DNA of 64,000 nucleotides from Heteronotia binoei (Eukaryota): assembly GCF_032191835.1 (NCBI RefSeq), contig NC_083223.1:254448001-254512000 (forward strand), written 5' to 3'. Positions 1-11,996 of the stretch are shown here, one piece after another. The notes beneath the pieces were generated by a model that searched no databases, had not been told where the DNA came from, and saw only the letters and a program-made list of their open reading frames with translations. The stretch's first letter is position 1, and every line of letters begins with the position of its first letter. The position numbers and the translations under genes were made by a program.

Positions 1-52
1 TTAATAATAATTAAGTGCCGTCAACTTGCAACCATTTTATGGTGACCCCTCA

Positions 53-445
<393 letters not shown>

Positions 446-836
446 TTACTCAGTCTCACCTAGAAGTCTTATTTACCATCATTTATCTATCAACTATATT
501 GGAGGAATGTAAGAATGGAAAATCCTTTCTGGATCAGACCACCTAGTTCAGCATCCTGTTTCAAACAGTAGCCAAATCAGAGACTTTCTCCTTCAAAACA
601 CTAATAGCAGGAGAGGAGGGATTGCTTTGAATAACCAAACCGAGTACACCAAACCGAGTAGACAAACTATCCTTACACGGTAGATGAACTACCCTGTCCT
701 TACATGTCTTCAAGATGCACTGAGGCTGCACAAACCTGGTTAGTATTTTATGGACTGAATGGGCATGCAATATCCATCTCATCTGTTTTAGCCCATTGTT
801 GCCTAGGAAGGGACAAGATAAGAGCAGCTGCTGTAC

Positions 837-945
837 CTGTGTATATGGAAGCCTCTCTGGCAGCTACAGGCATGTTGGATGTATTGGCAACGAGTGAAGT
901 ACGTTTCATGATGGTCTCTGTCTTGCCACCCACTTCCATAGTAAG
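837..945 (-). CDS. ATP6V1A: V-ATPase subunit A-like, coding exon 7 ([36 protein letters not shown])
   Basis: Homology; cttag|CTT acceptor, G|gtac donor; 109 nt; phases fit both neighbours. Confidence 0.95.
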
Positions 946-1391
946 CTAAGAGAGAGAGAAGAAAACCAAGTTTGGAGCAAAGAAGATACAGCAGGGGAAA
1001 GGCACAGACCATGAATGGGAAAGTGGGGAAGGCTATAGGGGAAAACTGGAGGGGAGTAAGAGACTGGGGAAAGACCCGTGCTTCCTTCAAAGAGTTCAGG
1101 CTGACACATGATCTCACAACAAGAGTAGGTACAGAAAGAAGTCAATTTTCTGACATTACATCTGTGCATATGGAGAACCTCCCAACCACACATAAATCTT
1201 CCTATTGTCGTGATGTCTGAATGGCAATATATGCACTTTGCATCTGAATACAGCTTTCATATGTGCAAATGACTGGATTTTTTTTCATAGTTCTGGTTCA
1301 CATGTACCAAAACTATAGAAGAACAACTTTCAAGTCCTGTAGCACTTTGAATACCAACAAAATTTTCAAGATGTAAGCTTTTGAGAGTCCT

Positions 1392-1594
1392 GACCTAGAT
1401 AGCCCATGCTAGCCCGATCTCATCAGATCTCAAAAGCTAAGCAGGATCAACCCTGGCCAGCATTTGGACGGGAGACCTCCCAGGAATATCAGGGTCATGA
1501 CATGGAGGCAAGCAATGGCAAACCCACCTCTGAATGTCAGCTCTAAGGGGGTCACCATACGTTAGCTGTGACTTGACGGCACTCTCCACCACCA
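1392..1594 (+). mobile_element. 5S rRNA-derived SINE with Sauria/BovB-type tail
   Basis: Head resembles 5S rRNA (GCCCGATCTCATCAGATCTC..AAGCTAAGCAGG..GGGAGACC); tail GCAATGGCAAACC..GCTGTGACTTGACGGCAC; related copies near 19965-20110 (+) and 33340-33510 (-). Confidence 0.75.
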
Positions 1595-2294
1595 GCAGCT
1601 TTTTACAGTCAAAGCTCTGACAAAGGGGGCTTTAGCTCTTGAAAGCTGATGCCCTGGATACCCTGTTGGTTTTTAAGGTGCTACTGGACTCAAATCTTGC
1701 TCATGTGCCAAAGTTGTATGTGTTGCCCCTGTTCAGGCAGCACGGGAACTACAAATACTGGGAGCACTGCATATAGCGAAAGCTCCCAATATGTACAGTT
1801 CCTGAATTCCCAGTATGTGTAGATGTAGCATCTGGAAAAGACTAATGAGGGAGTTGCCACTGACCACCATATTTGCTTCTTTGCCAAGTAAGGATTGGAA
1901 CACGGGTCTTCCCAGTTGTAGTCCCCCATTTTAATAATTACACTACACCAGGGGTGGAATTCTAACAGGAGCTCCTTACAACTCCTGATGTAGCCAATCC
2001 TCCAAGAGCTTACAAGGCTCTTTTTTTTATATGCTGTTGGAGGACTGGCTACATCAAGGGGGTGTGGCCTCATATGTAAAGAAGCTCCTGCTAGAATTCC
2101 ACCCCTGCATTACACTATCTCTCTGGATCCCTGCTCCAAACCCTGGCACTCCAGTCAAAGGGCCTTGTAGAATTACTGCTGTTCGGAATAGACAGTGCTA
2201 GACTAGATGAGACAGTATCAACCATCAGACAAATCTGTCTGTCTTGGTCTTAGGCAACATGGAGAGTCCTCACCCACTTCCCTGTGACTCTCAC

Positions 2295-2457
2295 CTCGGG
2301 GAAGTCCCTCAGCACCTCTGACATCTCATTGCCCCGTTCCCCGCAGCCCACATAGATGATGACGTCACTGTTGGAGTACTTGGAGAGCGACTGCGAAATG
2401 ACTGTCTTGCCACACCCAAAGGCTCCTGGGATGGCCGTAGTCCCACCTTGAACACAC
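2295..2457 (-). CDS. ATP6V1A: V-ATPase subunit A-like, coding exon 6 with P-loop ([54 protein letters not shown])
   Basis: Walker A GAFGCGKT intact; cag|G acceptor, GAG|gtgag donor; 163 nt. Confidence 0.96.
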
Positions 2458-3303
2458 CTGTGAAAAATTGGAAGAGAAGAATGTGCAGAAATGTAGCATC
2501 TCTGCTACCCCAGAGGGAATGAGAACCAGGAGACTTTGAGACAGTGGCCCCAGTTGCAATTATCACATGACTGTGTTCCACATTATAAAAGAGGGACCCA
2601 GTACTATTTCCAAATTCCATGGTACCATTACTGGCATAAATCAGAATCCCTGTTTCATTCATTCAGATCTGTCTCATGGCAGCTTTACATCAGTTTTGCA
2701 ATGCTAGGAGTCTGCAAAAGAAGCACCACTTTTAATTAGCAGCCAATTGTTCTCTGAAACTTTTTTTTTTTGCTCTCAGGTCTTAGCCAATTTATGGCGA
2801 CGTCATAGGGTTTTCAGGACAAGAATTACAACTGATCTCCAGATGACAGAGATCAGTTCCCCTGAAGAAAATGACTGCTTTGGACAGTGATGAGGACTAT
2901 GACACTCTACCCAGTTGAGGTCTCTCCCCTCCTGAAACCCAGCCCTCCTCATGCACCACCCACAAATTTCCAGGGATTTTCCTCACCCAGACCGATTCCC
3001 CACTAGCCTTGTTCCGATCTTGTTGCTCCTTTTCCCATGGAGCTTCTGCTGGATTTCGCACAAGCTGCCCCAGGGCAGCAAGTTGCCCCCCATCTCTTTT
3101 CAAGTTCCCTCCATGGCAGGCAGAATCCTCTGAAAACCAGTTTCTGCCTGCCACAGAGGGAACTTGAAAAGAGGTGGGGCAACTCGGCACCCTGGAGCAG
3201 CTTGTGTGAAATCCAGCAGAAGTGCCATGGTAAAAGGAACAATGAGACTGGATGTCATGAGCCCTGATGAGGGGGAGCTGGAAGGGTCAACAGACCTGGA
3301 AGA

Positions 3304-4005
3304 AGATTTCAGGTTTTCACGGCTGGTAACATCATTAGGGTTTGTAGAATCTTTCGGGATCAAGTGCCGTGTTCTACTGGAGAAAGTTTTCCTTCCAGAC
3401 GTTTTGTTTCAGGCGGGTATGATAATGTGAGACCGTAGAAACTGAAGTCCTTTCTGCGGTCTCACATTATCATACCCGCCTGAACAGAGAAGCTATTGAG
3501 ATTTACAAACACCAGCACAATTTTAACAGAAAGGAAGAAGGCATTTTCATCCACCAATCTTGGTACCCAGCTCTGCAAAACACCCTACAGACTATAAATT
3601 GCAGAAAGTCTCAGAACAACCAGCAAATTCCACAGAACAATCAGCACAGTCAACAACCATCTTCCTTATCTTCAAACCCCTTCCAACCCTCCCAGCAATT
3701 AACACAGAACAATGGTCACATTCAACAGCCAGTTTCCTTATCACTACCCTTCCAGGAAGCCCCACCAAACAATGGGCACATCCACAAACCAATTGCCCTT
3801 TCATCACACCCCCTCCAGCCTAGAAATAGCAGCTCTCCAGCAGCCCTGGCTCCACTCAATGCACAGCAGCCAAGAAGGTCTGAGCACCTGCTCCGGCTGC
3901 AACGCCACTGAGGATGTTCTCCGCAGCTGAGAACGAAACGTCTGGAAGGAAAACTTTCTCCAGTAGAACACGGCACTTGATCCCGAAAGATTCTACAAAC
4001 CCTAA
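3304..4005 (+). mobile_element. 5'-truncated Penelope-like element with inverted 3' end
   Basis: Encodes ETEVLSAVSHYHTRLNREAIEIYKHQHNFNRKEEG (GIY-YIG C-terminal-like); 70-bp perfect inverted repeat 3335-3404/3936-4005; 12-bp TSD AGACCTGGAAGA (3292-3303, 4006-4017). Confidence 0.8.
3905..3945 (+). ncRNA. Minimal type I hammerhead ribozyme motif in the Penelope 3' region
   Basis: CCA-CUGAGGA-U-GUUCUC(loop)GAGAAC-GAAA-CG-UC^UGG; core, 6-bp stem II and 3-bp stem I all intact. Confidence 0.7.
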
Positions 4006-4666
4006 AGACCTGGAAGAGTTGCCAGCCAGTTCCTCAGCTGAAAAAACAGCAGCTGGCCCATCAATCACTCTCCATGCACCAGTGATGATCATGCACCAGT
4101 GATGATGTTGATGATCAATCTCCTCCGAGCTCTCCTCCTCCCATCTCAAGAGTTCAAAGCAGGCTCTAGAAAGAGCTTTCAGAGCGAAGACATGAGGCGC
4201 GCCGATGCTTCAGATCTCTCAGCCCTGAGTTCTAGCAGAGTCACTGCCACCCAGGGAGCAGGCTGATTGAGGCTCCTACATAGCTCCCACCCAGGACCTG
4301 GTAACCTTGTGGAAGCAACAAGTCTATTCTCTGGCTTGCATCCACGCTCCTTCCTGATCTGCTTGATTTCCTTGGCACCCTGACCTTTTGGCTTTTGGAC
4401 ATTGACTTCTGATTCCAGTTTGTGATTCTGCATTGGTGACTTGGCTCCTGCTTGACTTCCTGGACTTTGACCTTGGCTTTGGACTCCTGCCTGCCTGCAC
4501 CCTGAGAACGTGACACTGGAACAGGGCTAATGGGAAATCGGTCCCAGGGTTGGTAACCCTAATAGTTAGCTCAGAGTGGACTGGAGGCCCACCAGAAAAC
4601 CACAAGGTAGCAGCTCTGATGGCATCTTTTCCTACATTTTGGCTGAGTCAGGAAAGGAAGGCTTAC

Positions 4667-4818
4667 GGGAAGAGGGCATCCAGGACTCTCTGGCCAGTCA
4701 GCAGTGGGTAATTTGCTGGCAGCTTCTCTGCAACGGGCCGTATTTGCCTCACAGGCCACACCTGCACCATCGTCAGTTTCTCCTTCTCTCCCTCAAAGTC
4801 CAGCTCCAACACCACATC
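4667..4818 (-). CDS. ATP6V1A: V-ATPase subunit A-like, coding exon 5 ([50 protein letters not shown])
   Basis: Homology; aag|GAT acceptor, CC|gtaag donor; 152 nt. Confidence 0.95.
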
Positions 4819-4996
4819 CTTAGGAAAGGTTGGGGGGGGTGGGGGAGTCAGACAGAGGCGATACAACATGGTGGTTAAACAAGCTGCAGCCAAGGAGGTT
4901 GGTGGTTCATCTATTTATTTAAACATTTATACTCTACTTTTATTTCCTCTAGCAAACTGAAATGGCTTACCATATCGCTGAAATGGCTTACCATAT

Positions 4997-5432
4997 GGCC
5001 TAAGACCTGCCTACCTTAGGGACCGTCTCTCCTCACATGTTCCCCAGAGAGTACTGAGATCAGGATCTCAAAATCTGCTTGTTATCCCCGGGCCAAAGGA
5101 GGCCCGCCTGCAATCCACCAGGGACAGGGCCTTCTCTGTAACGGCTCCTTTCTGGTGGAACCAACTGCCGGAAGAGGTGAGGGCCCTGCAGGACCTTGGC
5201 CAGTTCCGCAGGGCCTGTAAGACAGCCCTCTTCCGGCTGGCTTATAATTAACTGGCACTGGAAGCTGAGTGTAGTTTTGATAGACCACCGTTATATGTTT
5301 TATTATTTTACTGTTTTAACTGTGTAAAATGTTTTAAATTCAAAAATTATGTTAGATTTTTATGTGTTGTGAGCCGCCCTGAGCCACCTCGGTGGGAAGG
5401 GCGGGATATAAATTTAAATAAACTTGAAACTT
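4997..5432 (+). mobile_element. L2 LINE 3' fragment
   Basis: Translates as ..LRDRLSPHVPQRVLRSGSQNLL..RAFSVTAPFWWNQLPEEVR..; tail TTGTGAGCCGCCCTGAG..GGCGGGATATAAAT. Confidence 0.7.
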
Positions 5433-7139
5433 GTCCCCTCCTCCATTTTATCCTCACATAAACAAATGTGTGAGGTAGGTTAGACTGAGAGAGAGTGACT
5501 GGCTATAGCAGTCATAGCAGAGCATGGATTCAAACCTGGCTTCCCAGATCCTCGTCTGGCACTCTAACCATTACAACACACAGCTTTAAATCTTACCTCA
5601 GCCAGGAACTCACTGGACAGCCATAAGCCACTAACATTTCTCTCAGCACCACCCTCATCCTGCTGTCATGATGGAGGAATAATAATACCAGCCTTAAGGA
5701 CCACTGTGAGGAAATCTTGATTATGTATATGAAGCAATGAGAACCCTTAATATGCTGTATATGTACTACGTGCTATTAGTCAAAAGAGATGGTATAGGAT
5801 AACTGACAGAACGATCAGGAAAAAAATATCCAAAGACTCCACGGTCTGGCTAGCAAAGTAGGCATAATTAAAGCGATTTTAATCAATTAATCCTATGAGT
5901 TTAAATCAGCATAAATTGGCATAAGAACAACACCATTTTTTTATCTAAGCCATGACATGGCAAGCCCTTCCCCAAGCTAGTTGGAAAATATTGGCTATCC
6001 TGGCTCATGAAGGCCTCTGAACTGTCAGAAAATGAGTAAGCTGACATATAGAATAGATTTCAAAAACAGTCTTTATTCTTTAGTGTACTTGGGAAGAAAA
6101 TAGGCTCAGTTCGCTGTTTCCTTAAATAGATATTCTGATCTTAATTGAAATGATGCTATTTTCTGTAATAATTTTCCTTTTTTGTTTGTGGGACAGGAAT
6201 GGGAATGCTACTTCTAAGACATTGGACTCTTCTGATTCCTCATTTTCATTGCTTGTGTGTCCCTATTGCTTCAGGTTGCTTTTTCTTTTCTTTTCCACAC
6301 AGCTTTTCCCCCTCTAGTGGTTGATTCGATATTACATCAGGGTATGCCCAGTATATGCAGGTTTTGATGCCAGGCATATAGCAATATAATATTGAATTGA
6401 CCACTAGATGGAGCAAAATATGTGCAAAAAAGAAGAAGAAATAGGTGGGACACAAAGCAAGAAAAATGGGAATGCAGAACAACCAGTGCCTACTTTTAGA
6501 TGAGTATATTAAACATATTTTTCCAATGGCTGTCTGATTGATCAGAGTAATAATTTCAGAGGAGTAGCCATGTTAGTATGTTGCAGAAAATTAAATAGTT
6601 GTCTTGACAACTGTGTCAAGACAAATGTGTTTTTACAAGAGAGGGACCTGTGACATCCTTATCCCCCCACTCGCCAGCCTGCCCACTGCCGTTTCCATTC
6701 GCCCAGTTTATACAAGTTGATGCCTCTCCTGATTCTTGGCAGGCAGGCAGCAGTTTAACACAGTTGAAGACCTTAAGGTAGCCTGGGGAAGAGCCAGTTT
6801 CTCCACCAGATAGTAGAGGTGGCTGCCCCAGCAGGGAAGGGGAGAGGTGTCTGTGGGAGGATGCTCCACCTATGTTGTGTGGGACAATTGGCCCCACAAG
6901 AGGAGAAGAAATGCTCCATCAAAATAGTGGCTATTTCTTGCGCCACCTTAATGTTTTAATAATTTAATTCCCCTTCTTTTATTTGGATTTTTGTGCAATC
7001 CCAAGACTGTCCCAGGTTTGCATAAACATCTCCCTTTTCAGTACTTGACTCCAGTGTGCAGAATCAACAGTCTTCATGCAGAATTTCCCCATTCAGAATT
7101 AAAACTATGATTCTGCCATAAGCAGGAAGAACATCCTAC

Positions 7140-7277
7140 CGAAATATCGTAGTTTCCAGCTGGAGCCATATGAGTCACAGTGCCCCGGCACCGGGATGGC
7201 ACCATAATCTTATGTTTGATGAGAGAGTTTTCTTGCACAACTCCATAAATATCCCCACCAGTTAAATGGCTTCCAAC
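7140..7277 (-). CDS. ATP6V1A: V-ATPase subunit A-like, coding exon 4 ([46 protein letters not shown])
   Basis: Hand translation (too short for the ORF track); tag|GTT acceptor, TCG|gtagg donor; 138 nt. Confidence 0.93.
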
Positions 7278-7551
7278 CTAAGATGAGAGGAAAACAGAAC
7301 ATAAATGTTAAGAGTTGCAAAATAAGTTTCTAGTCCTTGTAACTGTGCTAATGGGATTATGTGGCTATCCCCACCCAAATTAAGTCAAATATCTGCACAA
7401 TGCATCATTGCACATTTTAAATTATGGTTTCAGAATTAGGCTTCCCTCAATAGTAGAACTGGTTATTTGATTCTGTGCAACAGAAGCAGAAATGGCTCAT
7501 TATGTACTGAAATCTGGCTTCCACCAGCTCAGTTAGGTTCCTGTATCTTAC

Positions 7552-7766
7552 CCGGATGTTTGGACTTGGGGTGAAGTCCCATTTGATGTCCCGGGACAAA
7601 GCTGAGATATTGATGCCCCGGGGGATATAGATGCTCTTGGTGAGTTCTGTGATGTCCTTCAGGGGGCGTTGGATCCCATCAAAAATGGAGCCCATGATGC
7701 CAGGGCCAAGCTCCACTGACAGTGGCTTGCCAGTCCTTAGCACCGGATCCCCTACACAGACCCCCG
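7552..7766 (-). CDS. ATP6V1A: V-ATPase subunit A-like, coding exon 3 ([71 protein letters not shown])
   Basis: Homology; cag|CG acceptor, CGG|gtaag donor; 215 nt. Confidence 0.95.
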
Positions 7767-7827
7767 CTGTAGCAAGTGCTCAGGAAAAGCTTTTGATTGA
7801 GAAAAGAGGGAGGCAGGAAAGAAAGGA

Positions 7828-8005
7828 GAGGGTACACAGGAGGCTACCTTATACTGAATTAAACCCTTGGTCTATCAAGATCAGTATTGTCTTCTCTGAC
7901 TGGCAGTAGTTTTCTGGCTGAGGTCTTTCATGTGACCTCATACCTGGTCCTGAGGTGCCAGGAATCGAACCTTCTGGATGCAAAGCAACTGCTCCACCAC
8001 TGAAC
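7828..8005 (-). mobile_element. tRNA-derived SINE with CR1-like 3' tail (degenerate)
   Basis: B-box GGTTCGATTCC on the minus strand; tail matches the copies at 51277 and 54785. Confidence 0.6.
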
Positions 8006-8064
8006 CATATATATATAAAAGATCCTATGTTGTAGTGACAGCAGGGAGATCCCAGCAGGCAGCC

Positions 8065-8180
8065 ATGTTGGTCTGAAGCAACAGAACAAAGCAGTAGACA
8101 AGTGCACCTTCAAGACCAACTAAGTTTTATTCAGAATGTAAGCTTTCGTATGCTCTTCAGCAGACTTCATCAGACAAAAT
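8065..8180 (-). mobile_element. Penelope-like pseudo-LTR fragment with hammerhead core
   Basis: Minus strand CTGATGA-A-GTCTGCT GAAG AGCATAC-GAAAGCTT-ACATTCTGAATAAAAC; same family as the 43.86, 44.35 and 45.35 kb fragments. Confidence 0.6.
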
Positions 8181-8700
8181 GGGAATGGAAGCAGCAAATC
8201 TTAATATAAATGGGCAGTGTAAAATCATGGGAATGTTTTTAGCAGATTAAAAGAACTGCAAATAGGGATCTGTGTTTGTTAGTGTTAGGACAAAGCAGGG
8301 CTGAAAAAACACTGGAGGGTGACAAAAAGCAGACTGCTGTTGTAGGTGCGAAATGCCATAAATCTAGGTAACATTCTGGCTTAGTTAGTTTCAATAGAGG
8401 GCATGGTTTCTCAAGAGATTATAACATCCATCATAGTTTGCCATTAGAAAAAAAGAAAGACATTAAAATACAGTGGAGGATGGGTTGGTGTATGCAATAA
8501 GGCAGGTTTTTATTTTCTAAACAGAGAGTACAGTTGACTGAACAAATAGATGCTGCATTGCTTACATCTATCATGCATACGCATATTTATTTGTCTCCCC
8601 TGTGAGAAGACAAAGGGGTTACATCGCTCTCCTCTCCTCCATTTCATTCTCACAACAACGGTGTAGGTTAACCTGAGAACATGTAATTGGCCAAGGTCAG

Positions 8701-8976
8701 TGTAATGTACTGAGTGACGAGACGTGTTGAAGGCAACATGCTTTATTAGCAAGTACATCACAAGGGCAAGAACGCGGGCCGGGTCCCCATTTATATACAC
8801 AACCCAGAACAACCCTCTGCCTGGCCAGGTCCAATCCTGGCCAGTTAAACTTCCCGCCACAGAACTTGATTGGCGGAGCGTATTTGTGAGCTACGTCCGG
8901 TGACCTGTGGACTCCCACTGGTCACCTCTGTAGCGTTCGCAGTGTTGTAATTTCAAGACACATGCAAGACACAACA
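8701..8976 (-). mobile_element. Probable solo LTR inserted in a SINE
   Basis: TG..CA ends; near-TSD GTCAG/GTCAC; minus-strand CCAAT, TATATAAA and AATAAA in promoter-then-polyA order. Confidence 0.45.
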
Positions 8977-9508
8977 GTCACCTAGCAAGTTTCTAGGGCA
9001 AAGTGGGAATTCCAGCCTGCATCTTCCAGATACTAGTCTGACATACTAACCACTACACCATGTGGGCAAGAGAAGAACAAGAGAATACCTGTATATCATC
9101 CGTACAAGCTTAATGGTGGACCTGTATTAGAAGGGTTAACTTTTTGGAATGATAATCATAGCCCCCAGTACAGCTCTGAGGAATGGCTGCATTTCTTTGT
9201 GCTACAGACAATCAGATTTATAAGCACACAGCTATGAACCAGGGGATTTGCAAAGGATAACAAGCAACTCCTTCAAAAATCAGAGATGGTCTTCTAGGCA
9301 TCCAGGAACACATGATGAGAGGTGTGTTGTAGGAAAGTGAGGATAAAAAAGGGTTGACTGAGATGGCGACAGAAGTCCAGAAATAAAGTGTGGGAGGGGG
9401 CAGGACCATTATCAAAATCAAGGGGGAGGACAAGTACCAAGGCAGATGGTGAAGAGAAGAAAGAGTCAACAAAGCAGAAGACAATATTCAATCTTTAAGG
9501 AAGGATAC

Positions 9509-9637
9509 AGGTCTCCTCATACACCTGGACAGTGGCCAGGTCTCCCTCCAGACGAATGATTTCGCCTACCAGCTCAGCATGGCCCACACGTACCAACTCA
9601 TACATGGCAGCCCCAGACATCTTGCAGGCGATCACCA
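9509..9637 (-). CDS. ATP6V1A: V-ATPase subunit A-like, coding exon 2 ([42 protein letters not shown])
   Basis: Hand translation; ccag|TG acceptor, T|gtatcc donor; 129 nt. Confidence 0.94.
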
Positions 9638-10575
9638 CTGGGGACAGATGAGAAGAAGAGGAGGGTAATTTCATGTGGGGGGTTGTTGTATCCCAGCCAG
9701 TGCCAGAGTCAGGATAGCAAGTAGATTTCCCAACTTACAACACTGCTCTACACCTCCTCATTTTCTTATTACATTTTTTTAAAGCCTTTTAAGTTTGCAA
9801 CATGTCAGCTTCCATTTAAAGTACCTCCCCTGGGTAGGAAAACAAATCTTGTTAAAAGAATCAAATGGTTAGTGCCTCCCAAGCCAGTATAACTCCAGAC
9901 TTCATTCACTGGACCTGCACACCTATGATAGCTCCTAGCTCAGGGTGACTTTTTTCAATATCTTTATCACCCTTGCGCTCAAGTGACCCTGGAAAGAAAT
10001 CTCTCAGTGACTGTGATCATGGCAGGACTGATAGATGAGTTAGCCTGTGTGAACTTAAAGCCTGCACTATTACCTTAAAAAGCCAATTAGGAGCCATATT
10101 AGGTGTCACCCTAAAGCTTGCACTATTATCTCAGAAGCCAATTCAAGAGTCATATTCAGCCATGCCTTGCACAGAGAATCATACTTGAATAAGGAGATAT
10201 ATTGAAACAGCTTTGACATAAGATCTGCATTTGATATTCAGATACCTATTTTTCCTAAGCAACTCTTTAAGTAGGTGAAAGTTCAGAGCTCCAGAGTGGT
10301 GAGCAGACAAAAGGAAGCTCCCCGGGTACATTCCTAGGAAGGGAGCCAAGAAGTAGAGAAAACAAATGTTATCACAGCCTGGCCATCCCAGAATAAGATC
10401 CACGTTTCCACAGCAATGAGCTTCCTATCTGGCTATATTCATCCTTGGGCAGAAGAGTGTTTACAGAATGTATACAAAAATAATTTTTGTTCCAGAAAGC
10501 AAATTACTAAAAAGACACCTGGGCACCAGCTCCTGTAACACAAGGGGAAATTGCCCAATATTGGGCAGAGTCATG

Positions 10576-10851
10576 AAGAAGATATTGGATTTATATACCA
10601 CCCTCCACTCCAAATCTCAGTCTCACAGCGGCTCACAATCTCCTTTACCTTCCTCCCTCACAACAGACACCCTGTGAGGTGGGTGGGGCTGAGAGAACTC
10701 TCACAGCAGCTGCCCTTTCAAGGACAACCTCTGCCAGAGCTATGGCTGACCCTAGGCCATTCCAGCAGGTGCAAGTGGAGGAGTGGGGAATCAAACCTGG
10801 TTCTCTCAGATAAGAGTCCGCACACTTAACCACTACACCAAACTGGCTCTC
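10576..10851 (-). mobile_element. Squam3-like (MIR/Ther1-derived) tRNA SINE
   Basis: GAGAGCCAGTTTGGTGTAGTGGTTAAG..GGTTTGATTCCCCACTCCTCC head; several copies in this window. Confidence 0.75.
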
Positions 10852-11019
10852 TAGTCATGAATAATTATGAAGTCATGAATAATTAGCAAATTAAAAATTA
10901 ATTGTACCACGCTGGACATGCTATCGAACTATAAACTCTTGTAATGGACCTGATTCTTTGAGAGAAACGCTGATAAACACTTGGAACAGAGAGATCTGTG
11001 TGTGTGCATGTTTGTCGCT

Positions 11020-11778
11020 ATACTGCAAATTATTAGGAAGGGAATCGAAAACAAATCAGCCAGTATCATAATGCCCTTGTATAAATCGATGGTGCCTCCT
11101 CTTTTGGAGTACTGTGTACAATTCTGGTCACCACACCTCAAAAAAGATAATATCATATTGGGGAAAAGTCCAGAAAAAGGCAACTAGAATGATTAAAGGG
11201 TTGGAACACTTTCTCTATGAAGAAAGGTTCAAACGCTTGGGCTTTTTAGCCTGGAGAAACATCAACTGAGGGGTGACATGATAGAGGCTTACAAGATTAT
11301 GTATGGGATAGAGAAGGTAGAGAAAGAAGCATTTTTCTTCCTTTCTCACAAAACGAGAACTCGTGGACATTCAATGATATTGCTGAGCAGTCAGGTTAGA
11401 ATGGATAAAAGGAAGTACTTCTTCACCCAAAAGGTGATTAACATATGGAATTCACTGCCACAAGAGATGATGGCAAGCATAGCCAGCTACAACCATAGCC
11501 AGCTTCAAGCGGGGATTGGATAAACATATGGAGCAGAGGTCCATCAGTGGCTATTAGCCACAACATATTGTTAGAACTCTCTGTCTGGGGCAGTGATGCT
11601 CTGTATTCTTGGTGCTTGGGGGGGCAATAGAGGGAGGGTTTCTAGTGTACTGGGCCCACTGATGGACCTCCTGATGGCACCTGGGTTTTTATTTCTTTTT
11701 TTGCTGCTATGTGACACAGAGTGTTGGACTGGATGGGCCATTGGCCCAATGCAACATGGCTTCTCTTATGTTCTTATG
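11020..11778 (+). mobile_element. CR1 LINE 3' fragment
   Basis: ORF2 C-terminal remnants (PLYKSMVPPLLEYCVQFWSPH; RKYFFTQKVINIWNSLP); terminal TCTTATGTTCTTATG repeat. Confidence 0.85.
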
Positions 11779-11996
11779 TCTCCTGGTTTACCGATAAGCT
11801 ATCATGCACCTGCTGTCTGAATCACAGTGACTCTGCGACCACGTACATCTCTCACAGATTGGAAGAGGGAACATGAGCACAAGTTTGTGTATATCTTAAA
11901 GAAGATCAAGATCAAGAGCATATTAAGAAAGTGAGAATTAATGAATGACGATATTCCCTGTAAATAGGTAAAGTGTTTGATGGGTGATGGTGGGCA

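Larger units (their letters stand above)
3253..4515. mobile_element. Solo LTR (about 550 bp net, Ty3/Gypsy-like) containing a Penelope insertion
   Basis: TGTCATG..CGTGACA termini; perfect 5-bp TSD CTGGA (3248-3252, 4516-4520). Confidence 0.75.
2990..4543. mobile_element. Palindromic MITE (PIF/Harbinger-like), interrupted by a solo LTR
   Basis: Termini GACCGATT..AATCGGTC; 3-bp CCA duplication; arms 3018-3125 and 3142-3247 are imperfect inverted repeats; the right arm resumes after 4520. Confidence 0.6.

Noticed and set aside
1398-1490. 5S rRNA-like sequence
   Set aside because: Partial, diverged and fused to a LINE-derived tail, so a SINE head rather than an rRNA gene.
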